Source of the DNA: Balanoglossus misakiensis
Taxonomy: Eukaryota; Animalia; Hemichordata
Length of the DNA: 64,000 nt
Assembly: GCA_040954595.2 (NCBI GenBank)
Contig: CM082593.2
Location: 8,565,200-8,629,199, forward strand
Direction of reading: 5' to 3'
The position numbers were made by a program, and so were the translations under genes. The notes under the pieces are model-generated. The model saw nothing but the letters and a program-made list of their open reading frames with translations. It was not told the DNA's origin and made no database searches. Every line of letters starts with the position of its first letter. Positions within the stretch are counted from its first letter, which is position 1. Below are positions 27,196-40,697 of the stretch, piece after piece.

Positions 27196-30100
27196 TAGTG
27201 ACACTATAACTAATAATAAAATATCATACTCTCCCCTCATGTATTTCAGCTGTTAATGAAATGATATTCCCATCCCTATCATTGTACTGGTACTAAGCTA
27301 TAAGTAAAATGTTACACTTATCCCAAGCATAGTACTGGTATTATAACTGGTAGTCCAATGCCATGCCCATCCCCTTGCTGTGTTAATTGATAATAAAGTG
27401 TCATACCCTCCCCTTGCTCTGTACTGTTGCTGTTAATAAAATGTTATGACAATCCCTCATTGTATTACATGTAATACTTAACTGTAAGTACAATATCATG
27501 CACATCCCTTGCTTTTTAGTAAAATGCCATGCCTTCCCCTAGTTCTGTACTATAACTGTTAGTCAAATGTCATGTCCAACACTCACTTTGTACTATAAGT
27601 TACCAATAATAAAAATGTCATGCCCTCCCTGCTTCTCTATAGTTGTTAATAAAATGTTACTCCCACCCCCAAGGGTTGTACTGGTCCTTGAACTGTTAGT
27701 AAAATATCATGCCCATGTTCCTAGTTATGAACTGAAACGTTTAGGCTAATCAACTGTGTTGCTCATGTACTTGGTTTAGTAAAATGTCTGCCAATGTCTT
27801 GCCTAGTTCTACAACTCATAATAAAATGCCATGCCCTCCCCTAGTTCCGTACTGTAGGGGTCAATAAAACGCATTATCTGGCCACCCCTAGCTCTTAAGT
27901 TGATCGTATGCCATGCCGAAACCTAGTTCTGTATTGTGACTTAGAGCTTAGATGGTCCTATAAAGCTTATAAAACTTGTGTACACTCCAAATATGCCGAA
28001 AATGTCTTGTGTACCGACTGATAATAAACTGTCATTTCATCCCAGCTATGCACTCAAAAAATGACGTGGCATTAAACACTAGAGGACGTGTACTGATCTG
28101 AGTGAATCAGATCCCGTGAGGAGTACGGTGCCCAGAGTACACGTGTACTAGTAGAGAAATGCCATGTGTTGCTACATCTTCGCTTCGCCCGCCATTGCTC
28201 TCCGGAAAATAGGAGTGTGGTCGAGCGAACACGTGCGAGCGGAAAGTCGTGTTGCGACCGTCGGTGAGGCGAATGAAGACACAGCGCTAATAATAGTGTC
28301 TGTAACGACTATCACACCAAAACTCATTTACAGTAAATATAAAAACAGACTACTTCGGAGAAGTCTTTCGACGTGTCTTCGTTCTCGAGGAGCCGTTTGT
28401 ATCTGTATTTGCATACCAGAAAGCCACGCCTTCCAGCCTCGTTCGCGGGTGACTTGTTTGCAATTGCCAAAGGCGAGTTAGTCATGTGCTTAGTTTGTTG
28501 GGTGTCAATGTAATCGTCCATGTTAACTTATTTTGTACAATTCGAGACATATGCACTCAAAAATGATGTGGCATTAAACACTAGAGGACGTGTACTGATC
28601 TGAGTGAATCAGTTCCCGTGAGGTCGCCATTGTGGTGTTTGCACTGGTATGGGAGGGCATATTCTCATCAAGGGGGACACCCTCGGGGCGCGACGACCCC
28701 TTCCCTACTGTTGCTGAAAAATACTTGTATATGAAAGTTGAAACAGTGATAGTTGCACATGAGGTATCTGATATGGCATTAACATAAACATAACAAAATA
28801 AAGTTTTGAATGTTCCTTGCAATCTGCAATTGCATGAAAATATTCTCTGTACTGTTAATAAAGTATAATGTCTGCTCCTAATTCTGCAAAATGTGTCATA
28901 CTAAAATGTTATACCATTAGTGACACTATGACTAATAATAAAATATCTTACTCTCCCCTTATGTATTTCAGCTGTTAATGAAATGATATTCCCATCCCTA
29001 TCTTTGTACTGGTACTAAGCTATAAGTAAAATGTTACACTTATCCCAAGCATAGTACTGGTACTATAACTGGTAGTCCAATGCCATGCACATCCCCTTGC
29101 TGTGTTAATTGATAATAAAGTGTCATACCCTCCCCTTGCTCTGTACTGTTGCTGTTAATAAAATGTTATGACAATCCCTCATTGTACTACATGTAATACT
29201 TAACTGTAAGTACAATATCATGCACATCCCTTGCTTTTTAGTAAAATGCCATGCCTTCCCCTAGTTCTGTACTATAACTGTAAGTCAAATGTCATGTCCA
29301 ACACTCACTTTGTACTATAAGTTACCAATAATAAAAATGTCATGCCCTCCCTGCTTCTCTATAGTTGTTAAAAAAATGTTACTCCCACCCCAAGGGTTGT
29401 ACTGGTACTTGAACTGTTAGTAAAATATCATGCCCATGTTCCTAGTTATGAACTGAAACGTTTAGGCTAATCAACTGTAATGCTCATGTACTTGGTTTAG
29501 TAAAATGTCTGCCAATGTCTTGCCTAGTTCTACAACTCATAATAAAATGCCATGCCCTCCCCTAGTTCCGTACTGTAGGGGTCAATAAAACGCATTATCT
29601 GGCCACCCCTAGCTCTTAAGTTGATCGTATGCCATGCCGAAACCTAGTTCTGTATTGTGACTTAGAGCTTAGATGGTCCTATAAAGCTTATAAAATTAAA
29701 CTTGTGCACACTCCAAATAGGCCGAAAATGTCATGTGTACCGACTGTCATTTCATCCCAGCTATGCACTCAAAAAAAATGACGTGGCATTAAACACTAGA
29801 GGACGTGTACTGATCTGAGTGAAACAGATCCCGTAAGGAGTACGGTGCCCAGAGTACACGTGTACTAGTAGAGAAATGCCAAGTGTTGCTACATCTTCGC
29901 GCTTCGCCCGCCATTGCTCTCCGGAAAATAGGAGTGTGGACGAGCGAACACGTGCGAGCGGAAAGTCGTGTTGCGACCGTCGGTTAGGCGAATTAAGACA
30001 CAGCGCTAATAATAGTGTCTGTAACGACTATCACACCAAAATTCATTTACAGTAAATATAAAAACAGACTACGTCGGAGAAGTCTTTCGACGTGTCTTCG

Positions 30101-33100
30101 TTCTCGAGGAGCCATTTGTATCTGCATTTGCATACCAGAAAGCCACGCCTCCCAGCCTCGTTCGCGGGTGACTTGTTTGTAATTGGCAAAGGCGAGTTAG
30201 TCATGTGCTTAGTTTGTTGGGTGTCAATGTAATCGTCCATGATAACTTATTTGGTACAATTCGAGACATATGCACTCAAAAATGACGTTGCATTAAACAC
30301 TAGAGGACGTATACTGATCTGAGTGAATCAGATCCCGTGAGGAGTACGGTGCCCAGAGTACACTGTCCTAGTAAAGAAATGCCAAATGTTGCTACATCTT
30401 CGCGCTTCGCCCGCCAAGGTCGCCATGCCCATCCCCTTGCTGTGTTAATTGATAATAAAGTGTCATACCCTCCCCTTGTTCTGTACTGTTGCTGTTAATA
30501 AAATGTTATGACAATCCCTCATTGTACTACATTATACTTAACTGTAAGTACAATATCATGCACATCCCTTGCTTTTTAGTAAAATGCCATGCCTTCCTCT
30601 AGTTCTGTACTATAACTGTTAGTCAAATGTCATGTCCAACACTCACTTTGTACTATAAGTTACCAATAATTAATAAAAATGTCATGCCCTCCCTGCTTCT
30701 CTATAGTTGTTAATAAAATGTTACTCCCACCCCAAGGGTTGTACTGGTACTTGAACTGTTAGTAAAATATCATGCCCATGTTCCTAGTTATGAACTGAAA
30801 CGTTTAGGCTAATCAACTGTAATGCTCATGTACTTGGTTTAGTAAAATGTCTGCCAATATCTTGCCTAGTTCTACAACTCATAATAAAATGCCATGCCCT
30901 CCCCTAGTTCCGTACTGTAGGGGTCAATAAAACGCATTATCTGGCCACCCCTAGCTCTTAAGTTGATCGTATGCCATGCCGAAACCTAGTTCTGTATTGT
31001 GACTTAGAGCTTAGATGGTCCTATAAAGCTTATAAAACTTGTGCACACTCCAAATAGGCCGAAAATGTCATGTGTACCGACTGATAATAAACTGTCATTT
31101 CATCCCAGCTATGCACTCAAAAATGACGTGGCATTAAACACTAGAGGACGTGTACTGATCTGAGTGAATCAGATCCCGTGAGGAGTACGGTGCCCAGAGT
31201 ACACGTGTACTAGTAGAGAAATGCCAAGTGTTGCTACATCTTCGCCCGCCATTGCTCTCCGGAAAATAGGAGTGTGGTCGAGCGAACACGTGCGAGCGGA
31301 AAGTCGTGTTGCGACCGTCGGTGAGGCGAATTAAGACACAGCGCTAATAATAGTGTCTGTAACGACTATCACACCAAAACTCATTTACAGTAAATATAAA
31401 AACAGACTACGTCGGAGAAGTCTTTCGACGTGTCTTCGTTCTCGAGGAGCCATTTGTATCTGCATTTGCATACCAGAAAGCCACGCCTTCCAGCCTCGTT
31501 CGCGGGTGACTTGTTTGTAATTGCCAAAGGCGAGTTAGTCATGTGCTTAGTTTGTTGGGTGTCAATGTAATCGTCCATGTTAACTTATTTGGTACAATTC
31601 GAGACATATGCACTCAAAAATGATGTGGCATTAAACACTAGAGGACGTGTACTGATCTGAGTGAATCAGATCCCGTAAGGAGTACGGTGCCCAGAGTACA
31701 CGTGTCCTAGTAAAGAAATGCCAAATGTTGCTACATCTTCGCGCTTCGCCCGCCAAGGTCGCCATTGCTCTCCGGAAAATAGGAGACTGCATGTAGTTGA
31801 GCGAGCACGTGCGAACGGACGATGGTGTTGCTACCGTCGACGAGGCGAATTAAGACACAGCGCTAATACTAGTGTCTGTCACGACTATCACACCAAAACT
31901 GTCCTTTACAGTAAGTCTTTCCACGAGTCTTCGATATCGAGGAGCCATTTGTATCTGCATAAATTTGCATTTCCAGTCTCGTTCGCGGATGACTTGTTTG
32001 TATTTGTCAAAGGCGAGTTAGGCACGTGCTTAGATTTTTGGGTATCAGTGTAATCGTCCATGGTAACTTATTTGTCTATTACATATTTTAATGTCATCTT
32101 TCTTATCAAGACTTGATCTAATTACATGTTATTTTCGTAAACACCACGGGTTCACAGAATTTTGCTTCCAGGATGTCTGCAGTTGAATACAGCACACACA
32201 TCTGCTTCTTGCCCCAATGTCAGAGAGCGTAGCAATAAATAATGTATGGTAATTACGTATACGTCCCTTTCTTAGATCAAAATCATTTAAGTTAACAAAA
32301 TAATGGTAAGTATATTAAAAATTAAATGGGGGACGAGATAAGGGTGAAGCAATAGTAATTCAAATAAAATAAAATCTAAAATACATGTGAAATCCTGGTT
32401 TGTCCTCATTAAACTAAATTGACGCGCATGAGGGGCTGCAGTCCATTTGTTAATTGATCGTTCTCTCTATTGAACCCAACAGTAAAATACAAAAAGGTAA
32501 ACCAGACCGGCCAGGTGCTAACTTGGTCTGACTGGTACGCTGGAAAGGGAAATCGTCAGACAACACCATTTTCAGGACAAGATGTCAATTATGTTTGTGC
32601 TACCGGTGGATGCAATGGTCCTCTCATTGTATTATAGAGCTACTATATTTACGAAATTCGCATAGCATTATACTATGTTTCGGCTTTACGACCTGAAACC
32701 AGAGTTTGAAGCAATGAGGAAGGATGCTGTTATGTTGACCTTCCAATTTTTTGGCCAATTGAGAAAATTATTCGGCACATCAAGGGAGAATCTCCAATAA
32801 TCTCTGCCGGAACAGTTGAAAAAGGACAAATCTATCGCATATGTCCCAAATGTCCCTGGCTAATTGGGCTGTGGAGACCGGCTGCATAAATGGGTTGTCA
32901 CCTCAGACGAAATCATTTACGGTGCGAAGTGTAATTAGCGTGCGCTTGGGCCCTAAAAATGCCAGTAATACCACAGACAAAGATAATTGGTTCCTTATCC
33001 CCACTGCGTAGTATGTTTTCGTATGATTTAGTAGTGGAGTGGTCAAGGACCCCCTGGTTGGGGACCCTTGTGAAGAAAAACAGGTTGCCACTCCTCGCGG

Positions 33101-33289
33101 TACAGTGATTTTGGGTGGGTGGGCGGGAGTTTTCCCTGCACCATTCGATGTGATGTGACACCTGGGTGTATGCGCACTCCAATTATATATAGGTATCTTA
33201 TGAATATTCATATTCACTCAACCAATCACTACGCAGTGTACATATTTCCTTATCCCCACTGCGTAGTATGTTTTCGTATGATTTTGTAG

Positions 33290-33497
33290 AACATATACCA
33301 TTGCAGCACACAGATGAGGAAAAAGATCTTGGTGTAACAGTACATTCTAGCCTCAAACCTTCAACACAGTGTATCCAGGCAGCAAAAAAGGCTAATAACA
33401 TGTTAGGCATCATCAAAAGAACTATTACCCACAAATCAACAGACATAATTAAGAGATTGTTTAAGCAACTGGTGAGACCAAGATTAGAATATGGTTT
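33290..33497 (+). pseudogene. CR1-type LINE RT fragment
   Basis: EEKDLGVTVHSSLKPSTQCIQAAKKANNMLGIIKRTI...LVRPRLEYG is a conserved CR1 ORF2 C-terminal segment. Confidence 0.85.
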
Positions 33498-33498
33498 T

Positions 33499-35312
33499 TA
33501 GGTCCCATTGCTATAGGCATTTATAATATACCTCATGCTAATACTGTGCCTTGATTCGCCAGAATCTGTCACGTGATAGGAAAATAGAATCGACTATGAA
33601 CCGCTAGGGAAATAGCAGAAAAAATATAAACCGGTCACGTGACCAGCGTAAGTGCGCAGACTCGGTCACGTCAATCAGCCTCGCGTCGTCTGACACAATG
33701 GCCACCGCGGAAGATGTCGTCTGCCAACCTCAAGAGAAAATTGCAAGATTTTCCCAGCTGTTAGCATGAGGTTTATTATAAAACACCTATAGCCTGGCCT
33801 ATATTCGGGCTATAGCAGCCGTTTTTACCCCCTCGTGACTGTGAGTTACCAGAATAATATGCTATTTCCCTCGGCCTGCGGCCTCGGGAAATAGCATATG
33901 ATTCTGGTAACTCACAGCCCCTCGGGTGTAATAAACAGCCGCTATGGCCCTCATGGCCAGGCAATAGGTGTTCAATATACCATGGGACCTTATGGGATCG
34001 GTTGCGTCTGTATGTATGTATGGATGTATGGATGGATGGATGTATGTCTGTATGTCCGTCCACATCAAAAACTTGAAAACCACTGCGCGTATCACCTCAA
34101 TATTTGGTGTGTAGGTGCAGGCTGGGCTGTAGATGGGAGTTTGTCCAAACAAAGTTGCCAGGCCCAAAAATATGCTAATTAGCTGGAAAAATGTGAAATT
34201 TATCAAAACTCTGAAAGTCAACAACTACTCGTCAGATTGCTTTAAAAATTGGTATGCATGTACCATATGTCAACCTCACATCGACCTGTAAGTGTTAAGT
34301 TAATATCATCGATGTTTTATTTTTTATGAATTTTTTAGTCTTTTTATTTAATTTATACCTTTACTTATACCTCTATATATGGTTAAGCTATGTCCACGTC
34401 TTATTGTGGAATTCTGGTCTGTGCAATAGTCCTGTACAGTGACTGTCTATTGGTCAGTGAGCACAATGGGGCCAAAATAAAAGGCAAAATTTTGGGCTCA
34501 CCTGTAACACCTGCTTAACACATTAATTATGTGCATACCTAATTCCGGGCTAACTAATAGGGCTAGAGGTTTCGTTCTTGTGGGACATGGACCAGTATAG
34601 GGTCAAAATTTCTTGCCCAAATTTTGGGTGACCTCAGGTGACCTTCGACCTACTTTATCATATCTTGGCATCAAGAGCAGGTACAGACTTGGCGTTTGGA
34701 GGGTTGGGACTAAAATTGAAAAGCCAAAATTTGGGGTCACCTGTGACACCTGCATATCTCATTAATTATGTGCATACCTAATTCCAGGCTAACCAATAGG
34801 GCTGTAGGTTTGGTTTTTGTTGAACATGGACCAGTATAGGGTCAAAATTTCTTGCCCAAATTTTGCATGACCTCAGGTGACCGTTGACCTACTTTATCAT
34901 ATCTTGGCATCCAGATCAGGTACAGACTTGGCGTTTGGAGGGTTGGGACTAAAATTGAAAAGCCAAAATTTGGGGTCACCTGTGACACCTGCATATCTCA
35001 TTAATTATGTGCATACCTAATTCCAGGCTAACCAATAAGGCTATAGGTTTGGTTTTTGTTGAACATGGACCAGTATAGGGTCAAAATTTCTTGCCCAAAT
35101 TTTGCATAACCTCAGGTGACCTTTGACCTACTTTTCCATATCTTGGCATCCAGAGCAGATATGCTTATTGCTATGTTGCTATGTGCTATGTTGGCTTGGG
35201 CCCGATCTTGCTGCTCGCAGATCTGCTTGCAATGTCACCTGTAATTTTTATTCTGGTGTGTCACTGTTTCCGCAAAATCCTCAAATGGGACCACAGTGTC
35301 CTTGACGCTATT
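33499..35312 (+). mobile_element. Helentron-associated non-autonomous element (HINE/DINE-1-like) with central 239-bp tandem repeats
   Basis: 5' aggtcccat with inverted partner atgggacct (33982-33990); (TATG/GATG)n microsatellite ~34008-34060; ~3 tandem 239-bp units (34501, 34740, 34979); 3' subTIR atgggacc (35285-35292), short hairpin agtgtc-ctt-gacgct, and a T-run end. Confidence 0.75.
33777..33978. repeat. ~200-bp imperfect palindrome with a 32-bp near-perfect stem, probably the end of a non-autonomous Crypton-like element nested in the HINE
   Basis: ctgtgagttaccagaataatatgctatttccc (33839-33870) pairs with gggaaatagcatatgattctggtaactcacag (33886-33917) with one mismatch; loop tcggcctgcggcctc. 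Outer arms pair imperfectly. Confidence 0.7.
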
Positions 35313-35395
35313 TTTAAGAAAGGCAGTAAATCAGAACCAGGTAACTACAGACGAATTAGCCTAACAACAATTTGAGGAAAACTGCTGGAATCTAT
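35313..35395 (+). pseudogene. Short CR1-type RT N-terminal fragment
   Basis: FKKGSKSEPGNYRRISLTTI*GKLLESI matches the KKG...NYRPISL motif. Confidence 0.75.
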
Positions 35396-35680
35396 CGCTT
35401 TCCGGTTGAAGTCTGACCAGACGACAAGTTTTCATCCTACTGTATTTGCCTACTTATTGCGCATGTGCAGTGGTAGGGCAATTAACTTTGTATTAAGGTG
35501 TTACGCACCTCGAAATGAAAGGTCATCAGATCATGTTGAAATTAATACTGATGATACTCCCTGGATGATACTATGACTTCTAAACATTTAATCTATGGAA
35601 TAAAAATTGGGAGTCAACAAGCTGGATTTTGGGGAAAAGCGCTCTCTATCTAGTACCTCTTCCAGCCTTTGCCAGTGTTC
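35396..35680 (+). repeat. ~280-bp dispersed direct repeat, copy 1; includes the TTAA-flanked start of a Kolobok-like element at 35497
   Basis: Highly similar to 54936-55211; contains ttaa|ggtgttacgcacctcgaaa. Confidence 0.85.
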
Positions 35681-37012
35681 ATAGATCTTTGTAAAATGGC
35701 TTCATAAATAAGTATTTTGGGAGGGTCATTTTTTCACCATTATAGAATGTAAAGTTAATGAATATGTTACTTTTAGCAATTTTGAGATTTTATCTTGATC
35801 AGTATGATAATCGCATAAATGAAACAGAATTGTATAAAAATCCACTTTTACATAAATTTTTTTCACTTCTTAGTCTTCTAGACTTTTTTAAAACTTGAAA
35901 TATATCAAATCAATTTACCCAGGTAGGGCCAAAAAATAGGGAGTCACCACGCAAATTGTTGAGACACAGGAAGTTAAACATGGCTTTCGGGCGTTTTCAA
36001 CAGCCCAGGATAGGCTGCAAAAGGGTTTGGTTGCTAGAGCATATTCACAGATGTCATCATAGTCCACTTTTTTAATCAAAGACATAGACAACCATACATG
36101 TAGAGGTGATATGCAATCATTATTTAATAAACGTTTGGCACAAACTTTTTTTATTCCACTTCTCAGGAAAACATTTATATTCATCAATTTCCACCTGGTT
36201 ATACAGTTCTAATATAATTATGTTCAAAAACCAGGTACCAGTATCTACACAGGTGGGAAACTTTTAAATCTTTTCATGATTGTAAAAAGTTCAAGCTTAC
36301 TTGAATCACAATGTGGAGTGACCGTGATTGAATATATATGGGTTATCAAAACCAAGTTTTCCCCCTTTTTTAGTCTAATCTTTCACACAGGAAATATTAA
36401 AATCATGCAGTTCAAATCCTATTATGCACCAACATACCTCAATCATAACCATGTGTCCACTTGACTTCAAACAAGGTTGTCCCAAACAAGGCGACAAGTT
36501 TTATTTCTCCTTTACAAACTGTACATTCCAAAGTGTCACAATACAGCGTACCAACAACTACCATGACAGCAATCTTGAGATTCAAACTGAACAAATTTAA
36601 ATATGTATATATAGCAACTTATCACTAGGCATCCACTGCCTGTAAATAAATTTGCCTTGAATAACATATGCTTTGTTTTGTCTTGACGCCTGATGTTACA
36701 CCATTTCCACTGGCGTGTCTGTTGTTTGAAATGGTCAATTTACATAAATTATTTCTGAAACCGTATCAGGCTGTATGAAAGAGAAAACATATTTGAAAGT
36801 TGAACTGGATTTTTGAAGGTAATTGATTGTTTTATGATGAGAATTGTCCTTTACATAATTACGGTATACACTGGAAAACGTAGCAAGTTTATTGTTCAGC
36901 TTAAACAAGCAGAAAAGTACAGCTGGTTCCTCTCAAATGCAAAACAGCTCAAAGTTCCAGGAGCTTCTATGTGATTTTCCAGGCTTAGAAACTAAAATAA
37001 ATCTCAATATTA

Positions 37013-37017
37013 TCATC

Positions 37018-37080
<63 letters not shown>
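37013..37080. repeat. (CAT)n microsatellite
   Basis: About 20 catcatcat units, followed by a short (AAC)n. Confidence 0.98.
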
Positions 37081-37081
<1 letters not shown>

Positions 37082-39319
37082 ACAACAAAAACAACAACAA
37101 AAATGATTTATGCAATTTATTACTTTAAAATCAAAATCAAAAATGTCATTCTCCAATATCAATTCAGTTGTAATGAAGGAAGTTTTGGGTTTGAGGTCTA
37201 TGAGAAAATTTGTACAAAGATCTCTTCATTAAATAGTTCTGTTTTAGCGTCACTGGAAGTCTTCATTGCCCAGTGTCACTTGCCATAATATTGTCTCTGA
37301 GAACAGACCACATTTAGTGGCACACTACTCTGGTTCAGCTTGCACATAAACATCATCGGTGGTACTACCACACCCTTATTGGTTTAGAGCAGCACACTAC
37401 ACCAGTGTCTTACTGTGGTGGTTTTGTAGGCGCGGCACACGTTACAGAGACTTTAAAGGGAACATGGCATCTGTGGTATCGCTTGTCATAATGGCCAGCA
37501 CTGTTACATGTGTCTATAGAGGGCGCACTGCACCTGTGGTGATCGTGTGCGTCATTGGCACAGAAGACACTCCCCACTTCTCAGACAATTCGCAGAGGGC
37601 ACTCTTGACTTCTCAGACAATTTAATAGTCCTTCTCTTCTTCATTATTTCTCAAATGTTCAAAAACCATCCTTTCACTATGACATGACCTGGATCTGTCT
37701 TGGGTATCCAACATGTCTTGTTTTAAGTCTGCTAGAATAAAAACAGAACAATTACAAATTATGACCAGTAAAAGATGACAGGAATATGCTTCTGTAGAAA
37801 AATACTCAATTTTTGAGCAAGATGTGATTGACATACTGAATCTGAATACAGCTTGTGTCAGCACTTTATTGACATATGTTTGTTATAACAGCATTTACTT
37901 TTTCTGTCTGCACGTAATTTACTGAGAATGTTCCCTTTGACTTTCACAAGTATTACCAGTACCAATGTAATTTTGGTGGAAATACTTCCAATGCAAGTGT
38001 ATGTCTTTCAGTTGCTTTGGAAGAAGTGACATTGGCTTTTGAGTAAGTGACAAATTAAAAAAAAAATCAGTAAAGAAAGAATTTACTGATCAGGATGTGA
38101 ATAATGTGAGGAGCAAACAATATTTTTACTTTCCATATTTCTTCTTCTGTGGGGAATGTAACCACAAGAATCTATTCCAGCAGTTCGAAGGAAATCTGTT
38201 ATGGCATTTGTGTTCTTTTTAGACAGCCAGCAACCCCATCATATTGAATCATAGTCATGAAATATGAAATACCTCTTAATGTGTAACATTTTAGATAATC
38301 TCCCAATGTCATTTGAAGAATTGCTGGATAGATGGGCCAAGCCTTAACTATGTTTTCTGGCATTTCTTAAAATACATCTTGTATATCTGATGAAAAATAT
38401 TTTGACCAACCATAGAAGACTACCTACCTTTAGTATTTATTGGTGGCACGTTTTTTTCTGAGATGTCCTGTTTTTCTTCCAGATTTTTGGGAGTCGCCTT
38501 TTCTTTTCAATTTTTTTCTGAGATGCATCATCCCTGGCACTTTCATCTGAGCAGAAAGTGATATTTTTTTACAGAGATTCAGTTGAATGTTAAATACTAT
38601 TACATGTAGCTTCCTTGCAATTTACATGTATACATCTATATAGCAAACGAGAGCCACAAACCATTTGAACAGTCAAGAAACGTTGCCTACCTTTAGCACC
38701 ATGATATGTGTACAACCTTCTTTCTTAACTCCTGGATTTCTTCCATTCTCCTCATCATCATCAGTGTCGACATCAACTGTCATACAAAATGCTCTAAGCA
38801 GAATTCTTCTAAACAATGAGCCATTCCTACGATGTGCTTTTTTCTTCTTAGGTTGAGCTGCAATAATATTAGAATTGTTTCACCTTTAAGGCTCAAAGTA
38901 GGAAATATCAAGGGATCTGTCTACAGTAAAATCTGTCTAAACTGAACCCTGTCTGATCTGGAATCCTCTCTATACCAAACACTGTTTCTAGTCCCCTTCA
39001 CATAAAACTAAATATATAAAATATATTTTATAGGTACAGGTTGCTTTATTACCTCTGTTATCTGTATCAGATTCAACTTCTTCAGATGTCTGCTGCAACA
39101 TCTGATTCAAAGTAGGAAAGCTTGGGACATCAGCTGTCTCTATAATGTCCTCTTGATCCTTGACTTCAGCTGATTGCATTATTGGCTTGTCAGGTACCTG
39201 CACAGTAAGTTCCCTCTTCTTATTATCAAGTGGCTGCTTTGAATCTTTCTGATTTTGAGCTTCAGAAACCTGTGTACTGTTCCCCTTTTTGACACAAGTT
39301 GGCGACAGCACGACTGAAG

Positions 39320-39625
39320 TTTCCTGTTTGCTATCCCTGGCTACGGTGATGGATTCCAACTTTTCAACTTTGGATTCCATAGTGGCAGGATCTTTGACTG
39401 CAGCAGCCAGAGTCACAATAGGCTTTTCATTTTCAAGATGACCAGATGATGGGGAGATAGTTTCCTGTTCGCTATCCCTGGCTACGGTGATGGATTCCAA
39501 CTTTTCAACTTTGGATTCCATAGTGGCAGGATCTTTGATTGCAGCAGCCAGAGTCACACTAGGCGTTTCATTTTCAAGATTACCAGATGATGGGGAGATA
39601 GTTTCCTGTTTGCTATCCCTGGCTG
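39320..39625 (-). repeat. 141-bp (47-codon) tandem duplication in the kinase C-terminal tail
   Basis: DSKQETISPSSGNLENETPSVTLAAAIKDPATMESKVEKLESITVAR is repeated about 2.2 times. Confidence 0.9.
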
Positions 39626-40257
39626 TGTCGACAGATTCTGTGAGCATCGACTGGTCAGATGATGGGGTGACAAAGTTGGCATCTTTTGGCTCACTGGCAG
39701 CATCGCTTCCACTGGCTGTCTGAGTGATGGATGTAGTGGGAACGTCTTGAGCACTTTGTTGTACCTGGGCAGATGGTACATCCAGCTGGGTACATCTCTT
39801 TGGCTTGGCTTTACTGATTGTATATCACTGTCTGTATTTATAAATGGGTGAGATAGAGCTTCCTGTACAGTGATTCTTCTATCACCGTAATAACTCAGCA
39901 TTCTGTAGAATTGAAACATAAATCAATCTTAATTTCACCTAAATTATAGTGCATACAATCTTTACAGACATAACATCGTGCCATCTACAGGACATGAATG
40001 GAAATGTATGGATTTGAATTTACTCTACTGTGACATTATATTCTCTATTTCTTTGTATATGAAAAGCGTTGGGAATATTATGATCGTAAACTAAAACCAA
40101 ATTCCTTGCCGTTCAAAAGACATTTTAAGATTGACAAATATCAGGCAGTTGCAGCTAATGTGCCTTAAAAGTATTCACATTGGATGTATTTGATTACAAA
40201 TTTACTTAGTTGTTTATTATGGTATGAAGTCACGTGCACAAAGCAATTATATCTTAA

Positions 40258-40697
40258 ACCCCGGTGCGGGGTATAAAAGACCCCCCAAATCAGTGGCGAA
40301 TCTTAATGCCGTTTGACTGACAACAGACAACACCAACGATCTTGGCTCTATGAAAATCGGCCGAAACAGGTCCAAGCATAAAGAATTACACCACACAACG
40401 ACAGTAGTTGGCTTTATAAACACACACAACATAAAGTTATCGACGAAAAAGTAAACGAGCTTGTGAAACAACGATGATTTTGGGAGAAATCTGGTTTCAG
40501 CTCTTTTCAGAAGCGTCCCTGGGAAACAATAACAACGCCATTCAAACAGCTGTCGATCGCGTAGAGGTGTAAAGTGTTCAATTATTTTCTATGTACATGA
40601 GATCAATTACACAGTCATTATGCACGACGACCACTCTCAAATAAACAACTATACAAACACACGTTAATCCGAACCCTGGTACGTTCCGCACCGGGGT
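40258..40697. mobile_element. TTAA-targeting MITE (Kolobok/piggyBac type) in a kinase intron
   Basis: ttaa|accccggtgcgg ... ccgcaccggggt|ttaa. Confidence 0.85.

Larger units (their letters stand above)
24977..32075. repeat. Complex tandem duplication: ~1.8-kb unit (degenerate ~42-bp subrepeats plus a ~500-bp segment), three copies and a remnant
   Basis: gtttgcactggtatgggagggcatattctc at ~24977 and ~28637. atgcactcaaaaatgacgtggcattaaacactagagg recurs at ~28048, 28551, 29763, 30270, 31111 and 31608. The short ORF MDDYIDTQQ... occurs three times. Confidence 0.9.

Noticed and set aside
36892-37128. Poly-Ile and poly-Met ORFs
   Set aside because: These are translations of the (CAT)n microsatellite.
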